DNA from: an uncultured Chlamydiae bacterium
Lineage (GTDB): Bacteria; Chlamydiota; Chlamydiia; Chlamydiales; Parachlamydiaceae
Assembly (NCBI GenBank): GCA_963830365.1
Contig: CAWHMU010000046.1
Location: 1-64,000 of the forward strand
Length of the DNA stretch: 64,000 nt
Direction: 5' to 3'
The notes under the pieces were generated by a model. That model worked only from the letters and a program-made list of their open reading frames with translations, searched no databases and had not been told where the DNA came from. The position numbers were made by a program, and so were the translations under genes. The number at the start of each line of letters is the position of its first letter. Within the stretch, counting starts at the first letter, position 1. Positions 19,741 through 31,052 of the stretch are shown piece after piece.

Positions 19741-19867
19741 GATTACTTCCTATTGAGTTAGTATGCCGTTATGTAAGTTATAGATAGTTATAGGGTTTAT
19801 ACCACAAAGCTCCATTTTTTGGAGTAAAGAAGTAAAAAACCCTTCAAACACCAACCAGGATTAAGTT

Positions 19868-20941
19868 ATGCTGAATAAGCTCACCTTCATTGTCTGTTGT
19901 AGTGCCTTACTAATGCAAGCCTGCCACCTATTCTCAGAGGCGCCGACAGGAAATCCGGGAGGGAATCCGGGAGGCAGAGCCACCCTGCGCTGGCAGACGA
20001 ATTACGAAGAGGCTGTAAAACAATCAAAGGAAAGCTCAAAACCCCTAGTACTGCTCTTTACCGGCTCCGACTGGTGTAGCTGGTGCACAAAGCTCGAAGA
20101 AGAAGCCCTAAATACGCCGGACTTCGCTTCAATCGCCGGCAGCAAGTTCACATTCGTCAAGTTAGATTTCCCCCTCTATAGCAGTCAAGACCCCCAAATC
20201 AAAGCCCAAAACAAACAGCTCCAGCAGAAATTCGATGTGCGCAGCTATCCTAGCGTCATCATCTATGACGCGAAGAACAACCAGACAATCGGCACCACGG
20301 GCTATCGTCCGGGCGGCGGCAAGCAATATGCCGAGTATCTATTGAAATTACTCAACGACTACTCAGCCTATAAACAAAAGCTCAGCGCCCTTGACAAAGG
20401 CAATTTTTCGGGCAGTGATCTCAAGCAACTCTACGACCAGGCCATCAAGCTGGATATGGACAACGATGCCACGAAAATCGTCAATGTGGGGATCAAATCG
20501 GATAAATCGCTGTTTTTTATGACGAAGCGCTATGAGCAGTATGCCGCTGAAAACCAGATCCACACCCCTGAAGCGATAGCTTTGCGCAAACAGCTGCTGG
20601 CCGCCGATCCAAACAATGAAAAGCAGATCCCCTATCAAATTGCCATGATCGAATTTGAAACCTATTCCGAAGAAATGGATAATAGCGGTACACCGGAAGT
20701 GGCCATCAGCCCCCTCAACGAATATATTGAGAAATTCGGCAACAAAGACAAGGAAAATTCATGGCGCCTGCAGATGATTATTTCCCAAGTCTATTTGGAC
20801 AATAATCAGATGCCGAGCTCTTTAAAACACGCCCAGTTTGCTTATGAAGCCGCTCCTTTCACTGCCCAGCCTGAAATTGCCAGGGCCATCCAAAATATCC
20901 GCCGGCAAATAACTCCGGGCATCATCACCAAGCTTAACTAA
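19868..20941 (+). CDS. Exported thioredoxin-fold protein (DsbH-like) with C-terminal helical extension
   Basis: Signal peptide; WQTNYEEA, LLFTGSDWCSWC, KLDFP, SYPSV. Confidence 0.85.
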   Translation: MLNKLTFIVCCSALLMQACHLFSEAPTGNPGGNPGGRATLRWQTNYEEAVKQSKESSKPLVLLFTGSDWCSWCTKLEEEALNTPDFASIAGSKFTFVKLDFPLYSSQDPQIKAQNKQLQQKFDVRSYPSVIIYDAKNNQTIGTTGYRPGGGKQYAEYLLKLLNDYSAYKQKLSALDKGNFSGSDLKQLYDQAIKLDMDNDATKIVNVGIKSDKSLFFMTKRYEQYAAENQIHTPEAIALRKQLLAADPNNEKQIPYQIAMIEFETYSEEMDNSGTPEVAISPLNEYIEKFGNKDKENSWRLQMIISQVYLDNNQMPSSLKHAQFAYEAAPFTAQPEIARAIQNIRRQITPGIITKLN

Positions 20942-22957
20942 TTATTCGATTTTATGCCAAAGGGCGATGCGCAGATGCTCTTTTGGAATTTCCAAAAGGA
21001 AGCGCGAAGGCTGGCTCATGGCATCAACGCCCATGCGTTTGCGTTTCTGAGCCATGCTGACGGTCAAAAATCGCATCGCCCTGGTGATCGCCACATACAT
21101 CAAGCGCCGTTCCTCCTCTACCCCCGTCTGCTTAATGCTTTTCTCATGCGGGATGATATGATCCTCCATGCCGACTAGGAAGCAGGCCGGAAATTCCAAC
21201 CCTTTGGCGCTGTGAAATGTCATCAGCGTCACCCTATTCTCCTCACTCCCCTTGCCCGCGCGACCCTCCCATCCTTTGTCAAGCGGCGTGCTCAGCACAA
21301 AATCATGCAGGGAGCTTTCCTGTCCGCTGTCGGCATCGCCTAGGCCTTCATAAGCTGCGATCGCCGACACGAATTCCTGCACATTTTCCCATTTAAAATC
21401 GCGCATCTGATCGCTTTTGACCTCTTCGTTGATAGCCTTTCTGTAATCGAGTTTTTCTATCAGCCAGGCCATCGTCTGATTGAGGGGTGGAGAGGCGAAT
21501 CTGGCTTTGGCCGTCGTGATGGTGTCTAGAAAGTTTTGGATGCCCTTGATGGCTTTGCCATTGATCTTTTGGGCCAGGAGGGTATAAGCCGGCAAGGCCT
21601 GCTCGACGCCATTCAACACTTCCCAGAGAGGGATATGCATGGATCGATTATGCGCCGTCAATAGATCAAGAGCGGCATCGCCGATGCCGCGGCGCGGATA
21701 ATTGATGATGCGCAGCAGCGCCTCCTGATCAAGAGGGTTGACGATGACGCGGAGATAGGCCATCAGATCCTTGACTTCCTTGCGCTCATAAAATTCCGTT
21801 CCTCCATGGATATGATAAGGGATGCCGCGGATCATGGTTCCGCCATCATTCCAGGCATGCTTCAGCAGGGCCGCCTCGAAATTGCGCGATAAGGCATTGG
21901 AGCGGTAGAGAATAGCCATATCCTTCCACCGCAGACCATGCCGTTCGCGCATCTTATCCATGCGGCAGATGACAGCCTCAGCCTCATCCATCTCGGTAGG
22001 GGCGTGGAAGACCTCGATAGCCTCGCCGGCCCCTTTATCGCTCCACAGCGCCTTTTCATGCCTTGTTTTATTGTTGGCAATAACGGCATTGGCGGCTTTA
22101 AGGATCACATTTGTCGAGCGGTAGTTCTGTTCGAGCTTGACGACTTTGGCCTGGGAGAAAGCCAGGATATTCTGCACATCGGCGCCTCGCCAGCCATAAA
22201 TGGATTGGTCGTCATCGCCGACCACGCATAAGTTGTTGTACTTGGCCGTCAGTAATACCGCCAGACGGTATTGGATGGGATTGGTATCTTGATATTCATC
22301 GATCATCATATAGCGGTAGCGCTCTTGATATTTCTCCAGCACCAGGGGGAATTTTTCAAAAAGTTCGACTGTCAGGCACAGCAGGCTGTCGAAGTCCACC
22401 GCATTATACGCCCTCATGCTATCTTGAAGACGCCGATACAGATCGCGCGTAAACTCATCGTGCCACTCAGAGCCTGTAGCTGTGATTTCCTCGGCCTTCA
22501 AGCCTTTATTCCTGGAAATGGAAATCGATTCGGTCGTTGGGGCAAGCGACGGCAACGGCCCTTCATGGTCGAGCAGATCGCGTGCAATCGCGCTCAGCAG
22601 GCGCTGCACGTCTTTCTCATCATAAAGCGTAAATTGGGGGGTATATCCCAGGTGATGGATTTCGCAGCGCAGGACCTGCATGCAGAAGCTATGGAAGGTG
22701 CACAGTGTCACCTGCTTAGCAGCCTCGGCATCGACCAGACCTGCCAGGCGATGGCGCATCTCGGCGGCGGCTTTATTGGTAAAGGTAAGGCCTAAAATTG
22801 CATGGGGAGAGACACAAAGATTTCTAATCAGGTGGGCCATGCGCAGCGTAAGCACGCGCGTCTTGCCGCTGCCTGCGCCGGCAAGCACCAGCACACGCCC
22901 TTCAATAGCTTCAACAGCCATGCGTTGGGGTGAATTGAGTCCTGAGAATAAATCCAT
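20942..22957 (-). CDS. uvrD: UvrD/Rep/PcrA-family DNA helicase
   Basis: LAGAGSGKT, TFTNKAA, DEYQDTN, VGDDDQSIY, LEQNYRS, HSAKGLEF, EERRLMYVAITRA. Confidence 0.93.
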   Translation of the reverse strand: MDLFSGLNSPQRMAVEAIEGRVLVLAGAGSGKTRVLTLRMAHLIRNLCVSPHAILGLTFTNKAAAEMRHRLAGLVDAEAAKQVTLCTFHSFCMQVLRCEIHHLGYTPQFTLYDEKDVQRLLSAIARDLLDHEGPLPSLAPTTESISISRNKGLKAEEITATGSEWHDEFTRDLYRRLQDSMRAYNAVDFDSLLCLTVELFEKFPLVLEKYQERYRYMMIDEYQDTNPIQYRLAVLLTAKYNNLCVVGDDDQSIYGWRGADVQNILAFSQAKVVKLEQNYRSTNVILKAANAVIANNKTRHEKALWSDKGAGEAIEVFHAPTEMDEAEAVICRMDKMRERHGLRWKDMAILYRSNALSRNFEAALLKHAWNDGGTMIRGIPYHIHGGTEFYERKEVKDLMAYLRVIVNPLDQEALLRIINYPRRGIGDAALDLLTAHNRSMHIPLWEVLNGVEQALPAYTLLAQKINGKAIKGIQNFLDTITTAKARFASPPLNQTMAWLIEKLDYRKAINEEVKSDQMRDFKWENVQEFVSAIAAYEGLGDADSGQESSLHDFVLSTPLDKGWEGRAGKGSEENRVTLMTFHSAKGLEFPACFLVGMEDHIIPHEKSIKQTGVEEERRLMYVAITRAMRFLTVSMAQKRKRMGVDAMSQPSRFLLEIPKEHLRIALWHKIE

Positions 22958-22988
22958 GACTGGTATACTCTATGTAAAGACACAATTT

Positions 22989-23330
22989 CTAAACAGCTGG
23001 CTGTCCGAGATAACGTAGTAGCTCTGTCATGATATCGGCAGGTTTGGCTTTGGCAGCCACCTGGCGAGGCTTAACATTGAGGTCGATGCCGGGCTGCAAG
23101 CGCAGCCGGCACAAACGGAAGGCTTCACGCACTATCCGTTTGAACCGATTGCGTTGTACCGCTTTACCATAATGCCGCGAGGCAGTGATGCCAAGCCTGG
23201 TATGTGGATACTTGCTTTGACGAGTTTCGATGATCGCCCAATAACCCACATAGCGCGTCGGTTGTTGCGCTATGCGTTGATATTGACGACGGGAGCGCAG
23301 GCGAAAAGCTTTTGGATAGCAGAAGCTCAC
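22989..23330 (-). CDS. rnpA: Ribonuclease P protein component
   Basis: RLGITASRHYGKAVQRNRFKRIVREAFR. Confidence 0.95.
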   Translation of the reverse strand: MSFCYPKAFRLRSRRQYQRIAQQPTRYVGYWAIIETRQSKYPHTRLGITASRHYGKAVQRNRFKRIVREAFRLCRLRLQPGIDLNVKPRQVAAKAKPADIMTELLRYLGQPAV

Positions 23331-23340
23331 ACTCGCTGGC

Positions 23341-23481
23341 TCACACTCTTGTCAACTGATGGCGTCCTTGACGACGACGACGGTTGATGATTTTACGTCC
23401 ATCAGCAGTCGACATTCTTTGACGGAATCCATGAACAGCTTTACGGCAACGCTTGCTTGGTTGATAGGTACGTTTTACCAC
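23341..23481 (-). CDS. rpmH: 50S ribosomal protein L34 (absent from the ORF track)
   Basis: Manual translation from [49 protein letters not shown]. Confidence 0.97.
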   Translation of the reverse strand: MVKRTYQPSKRCRKAVHGFRQRMSTADGRKIINRRRRQGRHQLTRV

Positions 23482-23589
23482 GTTAAGATCCTTACGGTTT
23501 AATCGTTATTGAATTTGAAGATAGGATACATGAACGTTTGCATAAAATGCAATCAAAATTAAGGCATACCCCTAAACCTAAAAAATAAA

Positions 23590-23725
23590 CCAGCAGACGG
23601 TTGCTAGAAAGCTCGTACCCAGAGGTTTACGCCGCGGGTGTGAGCGTGTTCCGCTATTAGTGGCCTTGAAAGTGGGCTATGATCCCCCTTAGACAAAACT
23701 TTCGGTCACAGCTAGCTGCATACAT
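23590..23725 (+). ncRNA. Candidate 6S RNA-like rod-shaped ncRNA
   Basis: Closing stem gcagacggttgctagaaag / ctttcggtcacagctagctgc; internal cgccgcgggtgtgagcgtgttc...gccttgaaagtg resembles the apical part of E. coli 6S; boundaries uncertain. Confidence 0.4.
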
Positions 23726-24123
23726 TCGCCCTGGCCGGCCTCAATAATTATGGCCAGCACACTGGCCGATCGGGCTCTGTTCCCCTGATGCCGTCATGAT
23801 CTTCGTTACAAATAACAACAGGATTTTAGGATGGACAGGATGGGTGATTTATCCTGACCATCCTACTATCTCAACTCAACGGGGGCACAGGGCGCAAAGA
23901 ACGCCAGCCGCAAAACACAGTGAATTGAACAGCCAAGATAACAAGATACACACAGCCTGTGCAAAAAAACAGACCGCACACATCTCACTAATATTAAACA
24001 GGATGAATTAAAAAGCCAAACTGGTAATTATTTTTTTATTTTTATATTGACAAGCACCCTCTATAAATGAGAGATAGATAGATGTCCTATATAAACAATT
24101 TTAAACCTTAAGGAGGTTTTCAC

Positions 24124-24252
24124 ATGGACAAGAAGCCACAACCAAAAACACCAACACAAACACCTGCTAAAAAAGTTCAACAGCCAGGCAGACCACAACA
24201 GCCAGCCGGCAAAACAATTCCATCACAAAAAAAACCAGGCTCTAACTGGTAA
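24124..24252 (+). CDS. Small basic Pro/Gln/Lys-rich protein, 42 aa (absent from the ORF track)
   Basis: aaggagg RBS; MDKKPQPKTPTQTPAKKVQQPGRPQQPAGKTIPSQKKPGSNW*; followed by a strong hairpin. Confidence 0.7.
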   Translation: MDKKPQPKTPTQTPAKKVQQPGRPQQPAGKTIPSQKKPGSNW

Positions 24253-24260
24253 ATCGCTTA

Positions 24261-24285
24261 TGTTCGGGGGCCTCGCCCCCGAACA
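24261..24285 (+). terminator. GC-rich hairpin after the small ORF
   Basis: tgttcggggg-cctcg-cccccgaaca perfect 10-bp stem. Confidence 0.65.
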
Positions 24286-24390
24286 CCATTTGCACATCCC
24301 CTACTTTTTCAACCTTAAGCCGATGTTTTAGTATTCAGTCTTTATCTTTTATCCCCTATCGTTTATCTTTAGCCATTAATCCCTATTTGT

Positions 24391-25140
24391 TTGGAGAGTG
24401 CCGTGACGTCTTCTGCCGGTATATCACTGCGCCATGACAACACCTATCAACACAGCAACAGCCTGCTGTTTCAATTTATTCTCGTCGAATTCATTGAAAC
24501 TTTTGGCGAAATCCAACGACTGGATATTCTGTGCAATCGCAAGCCGGCCGAACTTGCCCCAGATAGCGATTGCAGCATGCATAGCGAAGCCAGTCGCGGC
24601 CAAATCGAAGCTGTGCTTACCAAGCTTGTGGGTTCTGCCCGCGACTATATGCGCCTGTTCTCATGGAATGCCTGCGACGGCCTTTTAGCCAAGCTGAAGA
24701 CCAATTGTGCTTTATTCCTCCATAATGCCGATAATGACGAGAAAGAGATGATAGCCCTGCAGCACTATGCCGACAAGATGTGGTTGGGATGCCTGCAGGC
24801 TGTCGACATCTGGCGCACCGGGCCGGACGAGCAGGCCGCCTTTCATGCCGCCGTAGACAAAACAAGCAGCGCCATGCAGCGCTTTGCCAAGCTGATGGCC
24901 CGTATCGCCGTGCAATTTCGCGATGATGAGAATGTCCTCTTTTGTATTTTATGCTACAAAGAAAGCCTCGACAAACTATTCGGCAACCGCTTCGTCAGCA
25001 AGCTGCTGCTGCGCATGTACCCCAAAGGGCTGCACGAAGCCCAGCATTACCTTACCAGAAGATATGCTGAACGTGGCTTCGATAATATCCTGCCGGTCAT
25101 TGCCGTGAAAATTGCCGAGCTTGAGGCCTTGTCCCTATGA
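24391..25140 (+). CDS. Hypothetical protein
   Basis: 249-aa helical ORF with core-like codon usage; stop overlaps the ATG of the next gene (ATGA). Confidence 0.75.
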   Translation: MESAVTSSAGISLRHDNTYQHSNSLLFQFILVEFIETFGEIQRLDILCNRKPAELAPDSDCSMHSEASRGQIEAVLTKLVGSARDYMRLFSWNACDGLLAKLKTNCALFLHNADNDEKEMIALQHYADKMWLGCLQAVDIWRTGPDEQAAFHAAVDKTSSAMQRFAKLMARIAVQFRDDENVLFCILCYKESLDKLFGNRFVSKLLLRMYPKGLHEAQHYLTRRYAERGFDNILPVIAVKIAELEALSL

Positions 25141-26094
25141 CGAGTGCTTTAGATCGCTATGCCGAATTGCTAGCATTGACACAACTATATTTGCTGCAGG
25201 AACATGCCCCAAGCGACCGTCTGCTGGCAGAGAGCGAAACCTACCTGCATTTCCGCGAGTATGCCGCCCGCCGCCAGGCGGCAAGAGCGCGCCAGTGGCT
25301 GGCCTGCCAGCGCCGGCGCCAAAACTACCCGGCCAGCAATCAACACAGTCAACACAGACAAAACCGCCGGCAAAGGCGCCCCTTGCGCAGCCGGCTAATG
25401 CAACCTCAACCTCCCCGCCGCCGGCTGGGTTGCCATCCGCCGCCCCCACAGCGCCGCCCCTTCAGCAAACCGAGATGCCGGCTAAGGCGCCGGCTAAACG
25501 CGCCCCCTTGCCATTGCCCCAGTCAGCGCCGCCGGCCCATAGTGCAGACAAAAAGCATCCTAAAGATACCACCACCTTCGCCCTGGAAATCCCAGCCCCG
25601 GCAGAAGCCATGGCTTTGGATGATTTGCGCAAAATCGCCACCGAGCGCCTGCCGGGCTTTACCTTCATAGAGCAGGTGCCTGATGATAGCGCAGCCCGCC
25701 GCTTGGCGCAAGGGTCGCTGCAGAAAACGGTGATCCCCCAGATCTTGATCTTAGCCTTTGACGAAGCGCCAAAGCCTTTTGCTTCTTAGCCAATATCGCC
25801 AAAACGCTTAATGTCTACGGCCTCAGCGCTGACGTCGTGCGTGCCGCAAAAATAGAGCATGACAAGGGATGGGAAACGCTTCTGCAAGCAGAACAACTGA
25901 AGCTGGTGATCGCCAGCAGCTATGGCATCGATGCGCTCAGCGGCCTAGCGAAACACTATAAGGAAGCCCCCAAGCAGGCCAGGCATTATCTGGGCGATGT
26001 GCCGCTACTGCTGCTATCAGATATAGCCTTCTACCTCAGGGAGCCAAGCCTCAAGTCCTCGCTATGGAAAGCTCATCCGGCAAATGAAAGATGA
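25137..26094 (+). pseudogene. Hypothetical protein upstream of priA, split by two apparent frameshifts
   Basis: MTSALDRY...AARRQAA, then a shift at ~25290 into the Pro-rich frame ...QILILAFDEAPK, then a shift at ~25775 into FLANIAKTL...YLREPSLKSSLWK. Confidence 0.65.
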
Positions 26095-26390
26095 AAGATG
26101 AAAATCAAGCGAAACATTGCCTCTGCTTAGAATAGACTGTGAATTCGATTCAACGCAAAGAACGCAAAGAAAGCAAGACACAAAAACTAAAAGAACAGGA
26201 TGGCAGGATAGGCAGGATAAGCAAAGCAAGACTTGGCCAGGAAACATGTTTCTTGGCCATCCGGTTCTTTTATTTTTGTTGATCGCTCCCTCTGCGTCTT
26301 TGCGCTCTTGGCGTGGAATTGTCCTCTGTGGCGCTGTGGTTTCTCTTGGTGAATCTTGTGTTGTTTTGCGTTTAGGTATGTTATTACTTT

Positions 26391-28632
26391 ATGAATCACT
26401 CTCAATATACAGCCTTTGCTGCCGTCATTCTCGATGTATCCATCGATAAGCCGCTCGACTATGGCCTGACAGCCGCGCAAGCCGCCTCGGCCAAGCGCGG
26501 CATGCGCGTCGAAGTACCCGTACGCGGACATCTGCGCACGGGCTATATCTATGCCGTCAAGGACACCCCCGACTACCCGCGCGTGATGGGCATCAAACGC
26601 CTGCTGTCGGAAGATGAAATCGTCACGCCCGACCTCTTCGAATTGGCGCTATGGATGGCGAAATACTATTGCGTCAGCCTGCGCGAAACGCTGCAGATGA
26701 TGCTGCCGGCAATCGTACGCAAAGATACGCAGCACAAACAGCAGCTCTTTGTCATGCGCGCCCAAACGCGCGAACAACTCAAAGAGCATTGCGAAAAGAT
26801 CCGCAATAAATTCTCCGCCCAAGCAGCCGTCATCGACGTCATGCTGCAGGTAAAAAAAGGCATCCTCCTTTCCGAACTGCTCGAACAGACCGAAGGCTCC
26901 CGCAGCCCTGTCGACACCCTCGCTAAGCAGGGTTTTTTGGCGCTTGACATCGTCCGCGTCGACCGCTCGCCGCTGGTGAGCGAGGACTATTTCCCGACAA
27001 AGCACAAAACCCTTAATGGCGAGCAGGCCGCCGCCCTTGAAAAAATAACCTCCTCCATCGAAGGACAACGCTTCCAAACGCATCTGCTATATGGCGTCAC
27101 CGGCAGCGGCAAGACTGAAGTCTATCTCCAGGCCATCGACAAAGCGTTAAAACTCGGCAAGGGCGCCATCATGCTCGTGCCCGAAATCTCACTGACCGCC
27201 CAGACGATAGAACGCTTCCGCAGCCGCTTCGAAGGTAAAATCGCCATCCTCCACCACCGCTTAAGCCAAGGCGAACGCTTCGACGAATGGCACAAAATCC
27301 GCCGCGGCGAGGCCAAAATCGTCATCGGCGCACGCTCGGCGGTGTTCAGTCCGGTGCACAAGCTAGGCCTCATCATCGTCGATGAGGAACACGAGAACTC
27401 CTACAAACAAAATGAAAGCGCCCCCTGCTACCACGCCCGCGATATCGCCGTCATGCGCAGCATGATGACCAAAAGCACTGTCGTGCTGGGCAGCGCCACG
27501 CCAAGCCTTGAAAGCTACTATAATGCCACCTCCGGCAAATATACGCTGAGCACGCTGCACAACCGCGCCGATGCCGCCAGCATGCCGAAATTCACCATCG
27601 TCGATATGAAGGCCGAATTTGCCAAGACTAAAGGCTATACCAGCTTTTCAGATCTGCTGCTCGACGGCATCAAACAGCGCCAAGCGAAAGGCGAGCAGAC
27701 CATCCTCTTCTTAAACCGGCGCGGCTACCACACCACCCTCATCTGCCAAGGCTGCAGCCAGGCCGTGCGTTGCAACCACTGCGATGTAGCCCTGACATTC
27801 CATTTGGGCGACAACCTGCTGGCCTGCCATCTGTGCGGCTACACCCTCTCCCCTCCCCCGCGGCAATGTCCATCCTGCCATGCCGGCACCATGAAATACC
27901 GCGGCGTCGGCACCGAGCAGGTGCAAAAAGCTCTGCATGCCGTACTGCCGGATATCAGAACCACCCGCATCGATGCCGACACCACCCGCCATAAGGGCAG
28001 CCATCAGAAGCTGCTGCGCGATTTCGGCACCGGCAAAGCCGATGTGCTCATCGGCACCCAGATGATCGCCAAAGGACTGCACTTCCCGGAAGTCACGCTG
28101 GTCGGCGTGCTCAACAGCGATACCAGCCTCAATATCCCCGATTTCAGAGCTTCAGAGAACGTCTTCCAACTCATCACCCAGGTGGCAGGCCGTGCCGGCC
28201 GCGGTCATGTCAGCGGCGAAGTCATCGTGCAGACCTGCCTGCCGAACAATGACACCATCGCTTTGGCCGCAAGGCAGGATTACGATAAGTTCTATGCCGA
28301 AGAGATCGCGGTGCGCCAACTGTTTAGCTACCCCCCTTTTTCCAGCCTGGCAAAGCTCACCTTCTCCGGCGCCCATGCCGGCGAGGTGCGGCAAGCCGCA
28401 GAGGCGCTGCGCTGCGGCCTGCTTAAACTCCTGCCGCCGGACTTCGAGCTCAATGCCATCATCCCGGCCGGGCATGCCAGGATCAAAGATAAATTCCGCT
28501 TCCAGCTGCTGATCCGCGGTCCGAACATCGTATCCCATCTCCCATGCCATCGCGGCGCTAAGAACGGCAGCGCCGCTTCCCAAAGCCATCTCGCTGCTCG
28601 TCGATATCAACCCCACTTCGACTTTCTTCTAA
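26391..28632 (+). CDS. priA: Primosomal protein N' (apparent frameshift at ~28523)
   Basis: GVTGSGKTEVY, DEEHE, LNRRGY, CxxC pairs, GTQMIAKGLHF, QVAGRAGR; the alternative frame gives the typical end LLVDINPTSTFF* at 28632. Confidence 0.96.
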
Positions 28633-28775
28633 AGATCTCTTGCACGCCCTACTAATTTTACGTGCCCAAGCCCATGCCCATGCCCGAGTGCCAAAATGCT
28701 TACGCCACTCTATGGCATGCGCTAAAACATCGGGCACGGGCAAGCCCCTATCCCGCTTAAGTCAGCATACTGTCT

Positions 28776-29032
28776 CTGAGCTCCAATGGAGCGCCCATAT
28801 TTGTAGCCCACGGTGTAGCGCCATCCGGCGCAAACCGTGGGTGTCATTATATAAAAAAACTAGCCCCAAGGGGGCGATATAATTCCTTCGATTCTATTAA
28901 CAAAAGTGAAAAATCCAAAAATGCAATTATAACGCCCCCTTGGGGCTAGTTTATTTATATAATGACACCCACGATTAGCGCCGTTGGCGCCACATCATGG
29001 GCCACAAACATGGCCGCTCCTAAGGAGCTCAG
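28776..29032. repeat. Nested palindromic element, family C (~260 bp)
   Basis: ctgagctcc...ggagctcag outer IR; gtagcccacgg..aaccgtggg and tagccccaagggggcg / cgcccccttggggcta inner IRs. Confidence 0.85.
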
Positions 29033-29244
29033 CGACAAACATCTGAATGATTTAAAGGAACTAAAATGCATGCTCAGGCACGCAATAGTCTCAAGCAATA
29101 AAATGGCCCAAGTGTTTTTGAATTCGGGCGCGGGCACGTAAATTATGTCCCGGCAGTGAAATGCAACATAAGTATATGAAAAAAAGAACAGTATGAGTAT
29201 AATGGTTAAGATTTTAGAAGATTTTATGGGGAGATAGCACGCGC

Positions 29245-30696
29245 ATGTTAAAGATGTTCAGTGAAGGCCAAGACGCCACGCCTACCAACGCCGAGCCTAC
29301 CAACGCCGCGCCAGTAGCGCCGCCAATGGAAGAACAAGGCAAGATCAATTTCGATTACCATGGCAATAAGATTCATTTTATCAGCCTTGGCTGCCCGCGC
29401 AATCTGGTCGATAGCGAAGTGATGCTGGGCATCCTATTGAAATCGGGCTACGAAGTATCCGAAGCTTTGGAAGAGGCCGACTATCTCGTCATCAATACCT
29501 GCGGCTTTCTGGAAGCTTCGCGCCAGGAATCGAGAGATACCGTGCGCGACACCCTCGCCACCCGCAAAAAGACCGCCAAACTCATCGTCACAGGCTGCAT
29601 GGTGCAGACCCATAGCGACGAGATGCAAGCGCAGTTTCCCGGCATCGACTACATGCTAGGTTCAGGCGATGTCGAAGGCATCTTGAAAGCCGTGGAATCC
29701 ACCCAGAAAGGCTCCCTGATCACCAAGGCGCGCAGCTACCTTGAAGCCGGCGAAGTGCCGCGCCAGCTGTCGACTCCCAAACACTACGCCTACCTGAAAA
29801 TTGCCGAAGGCTGCCGCAAACGCTGCGCCTACTGTGTGATTCCGACCATCAAAGGGCCGCTCAAGAGCAAAAGCCAGGAGCAGATCCTCAAAGAATTCAA
29901 TATCCTCCTTGGACAGGGCGTCAATGAAATCATCCTCATCGCCCAGGATCTCGGCGACTACGGCAAAGACTTCGGTTCGCGCAAACTGGCAGCGCTGCTT
30001 GACTTGATCAAATCGATGCTGGCCTTAGAAAAAGATTTCTGGCTGCGCCTGCTCTACTTGTATCCCGATGAAATCACCGACGAACTGATCGCCCTCATGA
30101 AGAGCGACAAACGCATCTGCCCCTATCTAGATATGCCTATCCAGCACATCAACAACGGCATGCTCAAAGCCATGCACCGCGCCACCTCGCGCGAAGATAT
30201 CATCAGCACCATCCAAAAACTGCGCCATGAGATGCCAGACATCGTCATCCGCACAAGCCTGATCGTCGGCTTCCCCGGCGAAACCGAAGCGCAGTTCCAA
30301 GAACTGGCGGCCTTCATCCAGGAATATCCCCTCGACAATATCGGTATCTTCAAATTCTCGCGCGAGCCGGGTTCCCATGCCTACGACCTGCCTGATCAGA
30401 TTCCGGAAGAAGTCAAAGCCCAGCGCTACGACCACCTGATGAAAATCCAGCAGAAAGTGCTAAAGAAGCTCAACAAGCGCTGGATCGGCAAGAAAATCCC
30501 TGTCGTCGTCGAAGGCTACCACCCGGAAACCAAGCTGCTCATGCGCGGCAGATTCTACGGTCAATGTCCTGAAATCGACGGCCAGGTGATCATCAACGAC
30601 GGCCGACGTGTCGAAGCTTTCGGCAAAATCTATACCGTTGAAATTACCGATGCCGCCGAATACGATCTCGTCGGACGCGTCATCGCCGCAGAGTAG
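29245..30696 (+). CDS. rimO: Ribosomal protein S12 methylthiotransferase
   Basis: SLGCPRNLVDSE, NTCGF, YLKIAEGCRKRCAYC, YLYP, PEIDG, TRAM domain. Confidence 0.97.
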   Translation: MLKMFSEGQDATPTNAEPTNAAPVAPPMEEQGKINFDYHGNKIHFISLGCPRNLVDSEVMLGILLKSGYEVSEALEEADYLVINTCGFLEASRQESRDTVRDTLATRKKTAKLIVTGCMVQTHSDEMQAQFPGIDYMLGSGDVEGILKAVESTQKGSLITKARSYLEAGEVPRQLSTPKHYAYLKIAEGCRKRCAYCVIPTIKGPLKSKSQEQILKEFNILLGQGVNEIILIAQDLGDYGKDFGSRKLAALLDLIKSMLALEKDFWLRLLYLYPDEITDELIALMKSDKRICPYLDMPIQHINNGMLKAMHRATSREDIISTIQKLRHEMPDIVIRTSLIVGFPGETEAQFQELAAFIQEYPLDNIGIFKFSREPGSHAYDLPDQIPEEVKAQRYDHLMKIQQKVLKKLNKRWIGKKIPVVVEGYHPETKLLMRGRFYGQCPEIDGQVIINDGRRVEAFGKIYTVEITDAAEYDLVGRVIAAE

Positions 30697-30714
30697 TAGC
30701 GGAGATGCGGATTG

Positions 30715-30856
30715 GAGCCCTAAGATTGGGGTCTGGCTTGTGATTTGTGATTTGAAATTCCTACCATGCATATTGGCATGTAACTACTTTCAAATCGCAA
30801 ATCGCAAGCCTGACCCCAATCCCGGCCGAAACCTGTACCATGAGTTTTGAGGAATT
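30715..30856. mobile_element. Family B palindromic element (reverse orientation)
   Basis: ttggggtctggcttgtgatttgtgatttgaaa...tttcaaatcgcaaatcgcaagcctgacccc...catgagttttgagga. Confidence 0.75.
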
Positions 30857-31052
30857 GCGAACTAATCAACAGAATACCGTGTTGTAAATTTTGAAAATTG
30901 GTTCAACTTTTTCTCTGTGCCTCTGTGTCTCGGTGGTAAAATCCCGGTGGTAAAATCCCGGGGGTAATAATTTTGCTGGCTATTTGCCCATTTGCCTTTA
31001 TTTTTTTTAAACGTTATATGATGATCAAAGTTATCAGCGCGGAGATGGCAAT

